Origin: Candidatus Peribacterales bacterium
GTDB taxonomy: Bacteria > Patescibacteriota > Gracilibacteria > Peribacterales > Peribacteraceae
Length of the DNA: 33,629 bases
Direction: 5' to 3'
NCBI GenBank assembly: GCA_043747095.1
Contig: JAYTPR010000140.1
Location: 1-33,629 of the forward strand
Part shown: piece by piece, positions 1 through 6,769 of the stretch
Layout: each line of letters begins with the position of its first letter
How positions within the stretch are numbered: position 1 is the first letter of the stretch
Position numbers and translations under genes: made by a program
Notes under the pieces: generated by a model
What the model was told of the DNA's origin: nothing
Databases searched by the model: none
The model's input: only the letters and a program-made list of their open reading frames with translations

Positions 1-161
1 GCCTTCACAAGATATTCCATGGCCTTCTGCTCATCTTTCGCAACACCTTCACCACGCATGTACTTCACCGCTGTCGCGTAGTCAGCTGCTCCTTGCGTAG
101 CACTGCCTCCGCATGCAGCGAGTAGAACGACACCGATAATGAAGAGTTTCTTGAGAACCAT
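1..161 (-). CDS. Sel1-repeat lipoprotein (N-terminal part only; continues beyond the window edge)
   Basis: The reverse complement from the ATG at 161 reads MVLKKLFIIGVVLLAACGGSATQGAADYATAVKYMRGEGVAKDEQKAMEYLVKA. It has a signal peptide with lipobox LLAAC, followed by a Sel1-like repeat (Y..G.GV..D...A..YL.KA). It is too short for the ORF track. Confidence 0.5.
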   Translation of the reverse strand, partial: MVLKKLFIIGVVLLAACGGSATQGAADYATAVKYMRGEGVAKDEQKAMEYLVK

Positions 162-219
162 AGGAAAAGAAGAATAGTCGAACTTACCCGCACGGCAAAG
201 AGCCCCTTTCACGAATTTG

Positions 220-687
220 TTAATCGTTAATGCGGATGATTTTAATTTTTTCTTCTTTCGGTACAAGAATTTTGAGGATGCACTCTTTATTGAACGTTGC
301 CTTCACTTTGCGCGGGTCGATGGCGCATGGCAGCGTTACTTTGCGCTCGAAGTCGCCCCAAAAACATTCTTTGATGTAGTACTGATCATCTGGAATCGTG
401 TCTGTCTGACGACGCGCTCCACGAATGATGATCGTGCTGTCTTGGATATCAATATCGATGTCTGACAAACGAACGCCTGCAATAGGAGCTTTCAAGATGT
501 AGTAGTTTTCGTATTCAAAAATATCGAGAGCTACTTGCCCAACACCGGTTTGTTTTGTGGGAATTTTCGCTGGTTGCTCCTGAGGAACAATCGGCATTTC
601 ATCCGCCATACGCATACGCGGCGCTGTCTCCGACTTCCCCGCATTGACTGCGGACGAGAAGATACCGTGGAACGGAGAAGGGATCAT
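220..687 (-). CDS. small heat shock protein, Hsp20/alpha-crystallin family
   Basis: 155-aa ORF. The alpha-crystallin domain pattern is present: VALDIFEYENYYILKAPIAGV...IIIRG...GDFERKVTLPCAIDPRKVKATFNKECILKILVPK. Confidence 0.9.
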   Translation of the reverse strand: MIPSPFHGIFSSAVNAGKSETAPRMRMADEMPIVPQEQPAKIPTKQTGVGQVALDIFEYENYYILKAPIAGVRLSDIDIDIQDSTIIIRGARRQTDTIPDDQYYIKECFWGDFERKVTLPCAIDPRKVKATFNKECILKILVPKEEKIKIIRIND

Positions 688-695
688 TTCAATGG

Positions 696-701
696 ATCGT
701 A
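696..701 (-). promoter_or_regulatory. -10-like box TACGAT, 8 nt upstream of the hsp20 ATG
   Basis: The minus-sense sequence reads cgaTACGATccattgaaATG. No Shine-Dalgarno is present. Confidence 0.35.
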
Positions 702-892
702 TCGAATTTGGCAGAGGCTGCGCAAAAACTCCGTCTGGCGTGATCTAGGTTTTATGAGATGGTCACTACGCAACTTTTTGCGGAAGAAAGAAAAATCAAC
801 GTGTCTCCAAATACTTGCGAGCTTCCGTCAGAAATGTACAATCGCCTCCGCACTCCGTACCGAATACGCGTACGAGATTCTCCCCCGCACTC

Positions 893-1114
893 ATGCCCGC
901 CGTCCTGCACAACAACATCCGCCGCCTTCGTTTCGAGCGTGGTATGACGCAGGAAGAGTTGGCTCTTCGCGTCGGTGTCAGCAGGCAGACGATCATGTCG
1001 ATTGAACGTGGTGCAACGAATCCGTCAGTTCTCTTGGCCTACAAAGTCGCCATGGCCCTTCAGGCTCCGGTGACCGAAGTCTTCCAGATGGAAGGCGGAC
1101 TCGTTCCGGTCTGA
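893..1114 (+). CDS. XRE/Cro-CI family helix-turn-helix transcriptional regulator (73 aa)
   Basis: IRRLRFERGMTQEELALRVGVSRQTIMSIERGATNPSVLLAYKVAMAL is a typical HTH_3 motif. I chose the ATG at 893. The track ORF from 815 adds a non-conserved 26-aa extension. Confidence 0.75.
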   Translation: MPAVLHNNIRRLRFERGMTQEELALRVGVSRQTIMSIERGATNPSVLLAYKVAMALQAPVTEVFQMEGGLVPV

Positions 1115-1126
1115 ACGATTCGTGAA

Positions 1127-1203
1127 AGGAAAACGTAGTTTTCCTCATCACGCGGACTCTCTTTTCCTTAAGCGGTGTCGCTCCAGACAGGCAGAGCCTG
1201 TCT
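1127..1203. terminator. two stem-loops in the convergent XRE/recJ intergenic region
   Basis: The first is aggaaaac-gta-gttttcct (1127-1145, 8 bp). The second is agacagg-cagag-cctgtct (1185-1203, 7 bp). A T7 run lies at 1214-1220 but is 10 nt from the stem, so neither is a canonical intrinsic terminator. Confidence 0.3.
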
Positions 1204-1222
1204 TCGCGGCAACTTTTTTTGT

Positions 1223-2845
1223 TTAAAGTTGCGATGATCGAATATCCTCGATCACCAGCTGCACTGACTCGCGTCCGTTCCAATTGTTGATGCTGATACG
1301 ACACGCGATATCGACGAGTGTTGATGTATTCAGCTGATCAATACACGAACCGAGGCGAAAGCCAACGGCTTGGATACCGTTTACTTTAGCTTGTAGATGC
1401 GATTTTTCTGATCCAACGGTACGGAGATCGGTTAACGTTTGTCGTGGCAAAAGAAACGTTGGTTCGGCGTTGCCAGTACCAAACGGCGCGAGTGATGTCA
1501 GCGACCTTGCAAACGCCATCGTGAGATGACGCTGATCAAGTGTGGCATCCAACTCGAGTGTCGGCAGAAGCGTGTCGACGGACACCCCTCGTTTGGTCAG
1601 AACTGCATTGAGCGCTTTTTTGAGTGCCTCAGCATCTGCGGGGGCGAAGGTACAACCCGCGGCCTGCGCATGTCCGCCAAATGTTTTGAGGAATTTTTTG
1701 ACCGACGGATGCTCTAAGCACTCCATAAGATCAATCCCCGGAATGCTACGAACAGAACCGACCGCAAGATCACTCATGATGGCGGCGGCCAAACTCGGAC
1801 GTCCAAATTTTTCACTGAGACGACCTGCGACAAGTCCCGCAGTGCCGGGAGTGATCCGATCGGATGCAATGACGAGGAATGCGTCAGCAGTGTCGAGAAG
1901 TGGAATGACTTCTTCCTGCAATTCTTCCACGAACGTTCTGCGGTCACCATTCAAGCGGTGCAACTCTTCGAGTGACTCACCACCACCCAGCAGCGCCTCC
2001 AAGGCCACCAGAGGGTGCGCCATACGTCCAGCGGCATTGATACGCGGAACAATGCGAAATGCTATATCCGTTGCTGTGAGCAGCCCTGTCGTGCGCACGC
2101 TGTCGACGAAATCTTTGAGCGGTGACGGCGGCAAGTTATCCAGAAACTTCAGGCCGTGAATGACGAGCAGTCTGTTCTCACCCGTGAGCGGCACCAAGTC
2201 CCCGACCGTACCGATAGCCGCGAGTGCGATATCAAGATCGATACCGTCCCACGGTCTCATCTTTTCAAGCGCACGCACAAGCATGAACGCGACACCGGCA
2301 CCCGCGAGGTGCGGATTAGGAAATGCCGACGGAATTTCCGGATGAATAACAGCGAATGCATCGGGTCTGCCGCCTTGTGGACGGTGGTGGTCAGTCACGA
2401 TCACGTCCATCCCCAACTTTTTCGCGTGTGCGATCTCCGCGTGCGCAGCAATGCCGGTATCCACCGTGATGATGAGAGAAGCGCCCTTGGTTTTCAGAGC
2501 GTCAATACTGACGATTTTCATGCCGTAGCCTTCTTTGGCTCTATCAGGCAGATGAACAACAGGTTCGATGTTTCTTCGGCGAAAGAACCGCACAAGCTGG
2601 GCAGTTGCGGTTATGCCATCAGCATCGTAGTCACCAAAGATGGCAACTGTTTCGCCATCTGCAATCGCACGTTCGATTCTCTCCACCGCTTTCTCCATAT
2701 CCGAAAACAGAAATGGACTGGAGAGCTTTGCCTGAGTTTGATCAGTAATGCCGCGCTCACTGCGAAGCATGGCCGCAATATCGGGGGCAGTAGTCTTGCG
2801 CTTCAACATCCAACGTTTGCCGGAGAGGGAAAGTTTTTCGGTCAC
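1223..2845 (-). CDS. recJ: single-stranded-DNA-specific exonuclease RecJ
   Basis: 540 aa. DHH-family motifs are present: VAIFGDYDADGITA, ITVDTG, VIVTDHH, and the DHHA1 region GGHAQAAG. The start is GTG at 2845; an in-frame ATG at 2809 is an alternative. Confidence 0.9.
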   Translation of the reverse strand: MTEKLSLSGKRWMLKRKTTAPDIAAMLRSERGITDQTQAKLSSPFLFSDMEKAVERIERAIADGETVAIFGDYDADGITATAQLVRFFRRRNIEPVVHLPDRAKEGYGMKIVSIDALKTKGASLIITVDTGIAAHAEIAHAKKLGMDVIVTDHHRPQGGRPDAFAVIHPEIPSAFPNPHLAGAGVAFMLVRALEKMRPWDGIDLDIALAAIGTVGDLVPLTGENRLLVIHGLKFLDNLPPSPLKDFVDSVRTTGLLTATDIAFRIVPRINAAGRMAHPLVALEALLGGGESLEELHRLNGDRRTFVEELQEEVIPLLDTADAFLVIASDRITPGTAGLVAGRLSEKFGRPSLAAAIMSDLAVGSVRSIPGIDLMECLEHPSVKKFLKTFGGHAQAAGCTFAPADAEALKKALNAVLTKRGVSVDTLLPTLELDATLDQRHLTMAFARSLTSLAPFGTGNAEPTFLLPRQTLTDLRTVGSEKSHLQAKVNGIQAVGFRLGSCIDQLNTSTLVDIACRISINNWNGRESVQLVIEDIRSSQL

Positions 2846-2853
2846 AGGGGGTC

Positions 2854-2859
2854 AGTATC
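2854..2859 (-). promoter_or_regulatory. -10-like box GATACT, 8 nt upstream of the recJ GTG
   Basis: The minus-sense sequence reads gctgGATACTgaccccctGTG. Confidence 0.3.
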
Positions 2860-2917
2860 CAGCATCTCCACTGCATGAGAAAGCAGTTGGTCTTGAAAGA
2901 CATTCGACAAACCGAGT

Positions 2918-4357
2918 TCAGCGCTTCCAGTCGATCTCCGGATAGGTTCTGAGGTGCGAAAGAACCTCCGTTTCTACTGCCACGAGCTTCGCCTCACTTC
3001 TGGCTTCAATACAGATGCTCAAACATGGGCTCGTGTTGCTGTAGCGGATGCCTGCCCATGCGCCATCACCAAGGTCGATGCGCGCACCGTCGAGGGTAAT
3101 AACCGGATGCGTTTTTTGAAAATGCTTCGTTGCGTTCGCTACGATCTCAGCCTTCAGATTGTCAGGGCAATGCGGACGCATCTCGAGTGTCTGATGCACT
3201 TTTGGAAACTCTGCGATGAGATGGGATATATGCCTTGCCGCAGGAAGGCCCCCACCCCCAACCCCTCCCCCTGCGGGAGAGGGGAGCTCTGCATTTTTTA
3301 GAATAGAAATAACTCTCAAAGAAGCCACCAATGCATCATCAAAACCAAAATAGTCTTCACCACAGAAAAAGTGCCCAGACTGCTCACCACCGAGAAGAGA
3401 GCCGTTGTCACGCATTGCGTGTTCTACAAATGAATGTCCGACTTTGCACATCACCGGTTTGCCTCCCCATTTCCTGGTTTCGGTTTCGAGGAGTGATGAG
3501 TTACTGACCGTAAAAATAATCGGCGCACCTTTGTGCCGCACCAAATGATCCTGCGCAAGCAGCAGCAACGTCTGATCAGCAGTGACGATGTTTCCCTGTT
3601 CATCAACGATACCAGTGCGGTCACCGTCGCCGTCGAATGCAAAACCGATGTCCGCTTTGTCCGCTCGCACTTTTTCCTGCAGTTCTTTCAGTGTGGAATG
3701 TTTACTCGGGTCAGCAGCGTGGTTTGGAAACGTACCGTCCGGCTCAGTGTAGAGCTCATGCACCAGCGCGCCTGTTTTCCGCAGTACAGAGCAGTACACA
3801 GGGCCTGCGACTCCGTTACCTCCGTCGACAACAATGGTCTTTCCTTTGCCTGCACCTGCAAAAAGTTTTGCGAGAAAATCTTCGTATGGCGTGATGGCAT
3901 CAAAACTTTTTTTGGATCCGGCTGCATCGGTGAAAACTTTGTTCTCGATGCGCTTTTTCAAATCTTGGAGATCATCTCCGCTGTACGCTTCTGCATTTCG
4001 CAGCTGCAGCTTGATACCGTTATCTTCTTTCGGGTTATGACTCGCGGTGATTTGCACACCAGCATCAAAGTGTCCGTTGCAAATAGTAAAATAGTTCACT
4101 GGACTCGGTGTCTGCCCGATCTCAAAAACTTCACAGCCTGACTGCATCAGTCCTTCGCACATCTTTTCCATAAACACTGGGCTATGTGTGCGCGCGTCAC
4201 GACCGAGAACAACCGTCGGATGCGGATGTTCTTTGCCGTATTTTTCCTGCAATACCGTGCCAAAAGTACGGCCGATCAAGTAGCACGCCTCCTCTGTGAG
4301 TTGTGTTCCCGCCTTTCCTCGAATGTCGTACGCGCGAAAGATATGTGGATCAATCAT
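2918..4357 (-). CDS. phosphomannomutase/phosphoglucomutase (alpha-D-phosphohexomutase family)
   Basis: Motifs present are IFRAYDIRG, the catalytic-Ser loop GVQITASHNP, the metal loop FDGDGDR and the sugar loop GGEQSGH. I chose the ATG at 4357 (MIDPHIFRAYDIRG), which has TATACT 6 nt upstream. The track ORF starts at 4378. Confidence 0.9.
   Translation of the reverse strand: MIDPHIFRAYDIRGKAGTQLTEEACYLIGRTFGTVLQEKYGKEHPHPTVVLGRDARTHSPVFMEKMCEGLMQSGCEVFEIGQTPSPVNYFTICNGHFDAGVQITASHNPKEDNGIKLQLRNAEAYSGDDLQDLKKRIENKVFTDAAGSKKSFDAITPYEDFLAKLFAGAGKGKTIVVDGGNGVAGPVYCSVLRKTGALVHELYTEPDGTFPNHAADPSKHSTLKELQEKVRADKADIGFAFDGDGDRTGIVDEQGNIVTADQTLLLLAQDHLVRHKGAPIIFTVSNSSLLETETRKWGGKPVMCKVGHSFVEHAMRDNGSLLGGEQSGHFFCGEDYFGFDDALVASLRVISILKNAELPSPAGGGVGGGGLPAARHISHLIAEFPKVHQTLEMRPHCPDNLKAEIVANATKHFQKTHPVITLDGARIDLGDGAWAGIRYSNTSPCLSICIEARSEAKLVAVETEVLSHLRTYPEIDWKR
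3247..3288. repeat. GC-rich REP-like palindromic element embedded in frame in the mutase CDS
   Basis: The sequence ggcccccacccccaacccctccccctgcgggagaggggagc contains the hairpin cccctc-ccc-ctgc-ggg-a-gagggg. It translates (minus strand) to ELPSPAGGGVGGGGLPAA, which interrupts otherwise alignable mutase sequence. Confidence 0.4.
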
Positions 4358-4363
4358 GATCCG

Positions 4364-4369
4364 AGTATA
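4364..4369 (-). promoter_or_regulatory. -10 box TATACT, 6 nt upstream of the mutase ATG (leaderless-type)
   Basis: The minus-sense sequence reads gtcTATACTcggatcATG. Confidence 0.5.
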
Positions 4370-4436
4370 GACGAACAAAAGAGCCTCGGAAGCCGCTTCC
4401 AGAGCGGGGAGTGTACTATCAATAATACTAATAATA

Positions 4437-4445
4437 TGGTATAAT
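4437..4445 (+). promoter_or_regulatory. extended -10 TGgTATAAT for glgP (15 nt before the ATG)
   Basis: The sequence reads atatggtataatagttataacaaacatATG. The predicted 5' UTR is about 9 nt and has no Shine-Dalgarno. Confidence 0.55.
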
Positions 4446-4460
4446 AGTTATAACAAACAT

Positions 4461-6134
4461 ATGCCAACACCCCTCAGCGTCGCGTACTTCACGATGGAAA
4501 TTGGCCTCACCGCTGAAATCCCTACCTATGCCGGAGGACTCGGCATGCTTGCAGCTGATCTCATGATGTCTGCCGCAGACATGGGAGTGCATGCAGCGTG
4601 TATGACCGTGCGTTGGCAGCACGGCTATATGAAGCAGACGATTCGCGATGATGGTTCACAGTCCTACGCAGAGATGAGCTGGAAACCGGAGAAACACATG
4701 CGTCTGATGCCGAACAAAGTGACGGTGCAGCTTGATGGTCGTGCAGTCACCGTGGGTGTGTGGGCTATGACAATCAATGGAAGGGGAGGACACAAAGTCC
4801 CAGTATTCTTTTTGGATACCGATCTTCCAGAAAATTCGTTCGATGATCGAAAGATCACACATCAACTCTACGGCGGTGATGGATACATGCGCCTCAAGCA
4901 AGAAGGTGTACTCGGTATTGCGGGAGTACGCATGCTGCGCTCACTCGGCTATGACCAGAAAGACATCGGTACGTACCACATGAATGAAGGACACGCTGCG
5001 CTTTTGACACTGGAACTCCTGCGCGAACGCGACTTTAAAGATGAGGCCGTACAGCCGTCCTGCGCCTTTACAACGCACACGCCGGTAAAAGCCGGACACG
5101 ACGTTTTTCCGTACGACATGGCCTGGAAAGTCCTTGGCGATAATTTGCCGTGGCACATCAAAAAGATCTCAGGAGAAGATGGGCTTTCGATGACGCACCT
5201 TGCGATGCATCTCTCGAAAAAAAGTTTCGGTGTCTCTGAAGTGCACGGCATGGTGAGTAACCGTATGTTCCCTGGTGAAGATATCGGCTTCATCACCAAC
5301 GGTGTTCACCTCGGACGTTGGACGAGTCCAGAGATGCAGAAACTTTTTGACATGTACGCACCAGGTTGGCACGAAAAGCCGGAGGAACTCAGTAAGCACT
5401 GCCGTGACATTCCAGATGCCGAACTTCTTGCAGCGCACAAAGCCGCCAAGAAACGTTTGATCGACCACGCGAATAAATTTGCACCCGTTGCGCTCGACCC
5501 GAACGTTCTCACTATCGCCGGTGCGCGCAGAGTCGTGTCGTACAAGCGCCCTGAGCTCATCTACACAAACCTGGAGCGTCTCGTGCAGGTCTGTGGAGGC
5601 AAAGTGCAGATCATCCACGCTGGTAACGCGCACCCTGCCGATCCGTTTGGACAGGAGGTGATCCAGCGCATGATCGAGAGATCGAGAGAGCTCAAAGACA
5701 AAATAAAAATCGTCTACATCCCGAACTACAACCCTGACCTGGCGAAGATGCTCGTCGCCGGTGCCGACGTTTGGCTCAATACTCCGACGCGTTTACACGA
5801 AGCATCAGGAACATCTGGCATGAAGGCTGCTGTGAACGGAACCATTAACCTCTCGACGCTCGATGGTTGGTGGATCGAGGCGTACGCGTCTGATCCGGAA
5901 TCTGGCTGGAGAATTGGGCCACTGTCACAAGCCCTCGACGCAGATGACACGCGCACCATCGACGCTGAAGACTTGTACACCGAATTGCAGTACCAAGTGA
6001 TTCCGGAGTACGAGTACGCAGACCACATCCGCTGGGCACGCCGCATGAAGCGCAGCATTGGACTTGCTGGAACATTTAACACGCACCGTGCGATTCGCGA
6101 GTACTGCGAGAAAGCCTGGAACACAGAGCGCTGA
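4461..6134 (+). CDS. glgP: alpha-glucan (glycogen/maltodextrin) phosphorylase, GT35 short form
   Basis: 557 aa. It has the PLP-lysine motif EASGTSGMKAAVNG and the N-terminus YFTMEIGL...YAGGLG typical of the short alpha-glucan phosphorylase group. Confidence 0.9.
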   Translation: MPTPLSVAYFTMEIGLTAEIPTYAGGLGMLAADLMMSAADMGVHAACMTVRWQHGYMKQTIRDDGSQSYAEMSWKPEKHMRLMPNKVTVQLDGRAVTVGVWAMTINGRGGHKVPVFFLDTDLPENSFDDRKITHQLYGGDGYMRLKQEGVLGIAGVRMLRSLGYDQKDIGTYHMNEGHAALLTLELLRERDFKDEAVQPSCAFTTHTPVKAGHDVFPYDMAWKVLGDNLPWHIKKISGEDGLSMTHLAMHLSKKSFGVSEVHGMVSNRMFPGEDIGFITNGVHLGRWTSPEMQKLFDMYAPGWHEKPEELSKHCRDIPDAELLAAHKAAKKRLIDHANKFAPVALDPNVLTIAGARRVVSYKRPELIYTNLERLVQVCGGKVQIIHAGNAHPADPFGQEVIQRMIERSRELKDKIKIVYIPNYNPDLAKMLVAGADVWLNTPTRLHEASGTSGMKAAVNGTINLSTLDGWWIEAYASDPESGWRIGPLSQALDADDTRTIDAEDLYTELQYQVIPEYEYADHIRWARRMKRSIGLAGTFNTHRAIREYCEKAWNTER

Positions 6135-6211
6135 TCTTTCACATCGTTTCCGAGAGGCGCCTCTGGCCGACGTTCGGCTGGAGACATCCTCTCTGTACGG
6201 AGACACGTTCA

Positions 6212-6490
6212 ATGATTGAACTCCCCACGCGTCGCGTCATGGAAGAACGTCTTACGAGCGTCTTGGGCATTCCCCTCGACGATCTGTTCAAAGCTCTTAG
6301 CGACACCGCCGGTCAAACGATGACCAGCGAATTGTTTGCAAGCCGACTGCTCACCGCAGCCAACGGCTTCCAGCGGACATTACATCCTTCAGCTGCCGAC
6401 ATTTTCGTCGGCAAACTGCCGGACTTTGTCCGCGCCCTCGTCCCTGACGAAGGGCTTCACACGCGCGTTCTGGCGCTCGTCACAACGTGA
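6212..6490 (+). CDS. hypothetical protein (92 aa)
   Basis: The ORF is followed by a clear intrinsic terminator. I recognised no motif. Confidence 0.4.
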   Translation: MIELPTRRVMEERLTSVLGIPLDDLFKALSDTAGQTMTSELFASRLLTAANGFQRTLHPSAADIFVGKLPDFVRALVPDEGLHTRVLALVTT

Positions 6491-6506
6491 CTTCCAGAGA
6501 GATTCA

Positions 6507-6537
6507 GGCGCAGCAACCCCCGTTGCGCCTGTTTTTT
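6507..6537 (+). terminator. rho-independent terminator
   Basis: The hairpin ggcgcagc-aaccccc-gttgcgcc has an 8-bp stem including one G-U pair. It is followed by tgtttttt. Confidence 0.7.
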
Positions 6538-6619
6538 GGGTTGTCCGCTTTCATTGTCATGGGCGGGCTTGTTTGCTACTCTTTCCCGGCTGCAATAGAG
6601 TGCAGCACCGCCTGATCCT

Positions 6620-6649
6620 TTGTGACACCGTTTTAGTGACACGTAGAAA
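6620..6649 (+). promoter_or_regulatory. possible tRNA-Asp promoter (TTGTGA-18-TAGAAA)
   Basis: The hexamers were read by eye, about 15 nt upstream of the mature tRNA 5' end. The match is weak. Confidence 0.3.
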
Positions 6650-6664
6650 ATGTACCACTCGTGT

Positions 6665-6741
6665 GGAGCCGTAGCTCAGCTGGTTAGAGCGCTTCCCTGT
6701 CACGGAAGAGGTCGCGGGTTCGAGTCCCGTTGGCTCCGCCA
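6665..6741 (+). tRNA. tRNA-Asp (anticodon GTC), CCA encoded
   Basis: The cloverleaf folds by hand. The acceptor is GGAGCCG/TGGCTCC, the D arm GCTC..GAGC, the anticodon stem CTTCC/GGAAG with loop CTGTCAC, and the T arm GCGGG-TTCGAGT-CCCGT. The discriminator is G, followed by CCA. Confidence 0.95.
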
Positions 6742-6769
6742 TTATCAACACACAGAATCAAAGGCTTTT
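6733..6769 (+). repeat. direct repeat copy 1 (includes the last 9 nt of tRNA-Asp)
   Basis: The sequence gctccgccattatcaacacacagaatcaaaggctttt matches 9700-9736 at 33 of 37 positions with no gaps. Confidence 0.8.

Noticed and set aside
535-1005. ORFs 535-1005, 759-947 and 796-996 spanning the hsp20/XRE intergenic region
   Set aside because: They overlap the hsp20 5' end, the promoter region and the XRE start. Their composition is low-complexity and Arg/Pro-rich, so they are better explained as non-coding.
1526-2878. Plus-strand ORFs of 63-240 aa (1526-1717, 1542-2159, 2156-2878, 2160-2345) inside recJ
   Set aside because: They are antisense shadows of a well-supported RecJ CDS. Their Arg/Ser-rich composition is typical of reverse-frame translation, and they carry no motifs.
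6557-6751. 64-aa minus-strand ORF
   Set aside because: It runs straight through tRNA-Asp, and the tRNA call is far stronger.
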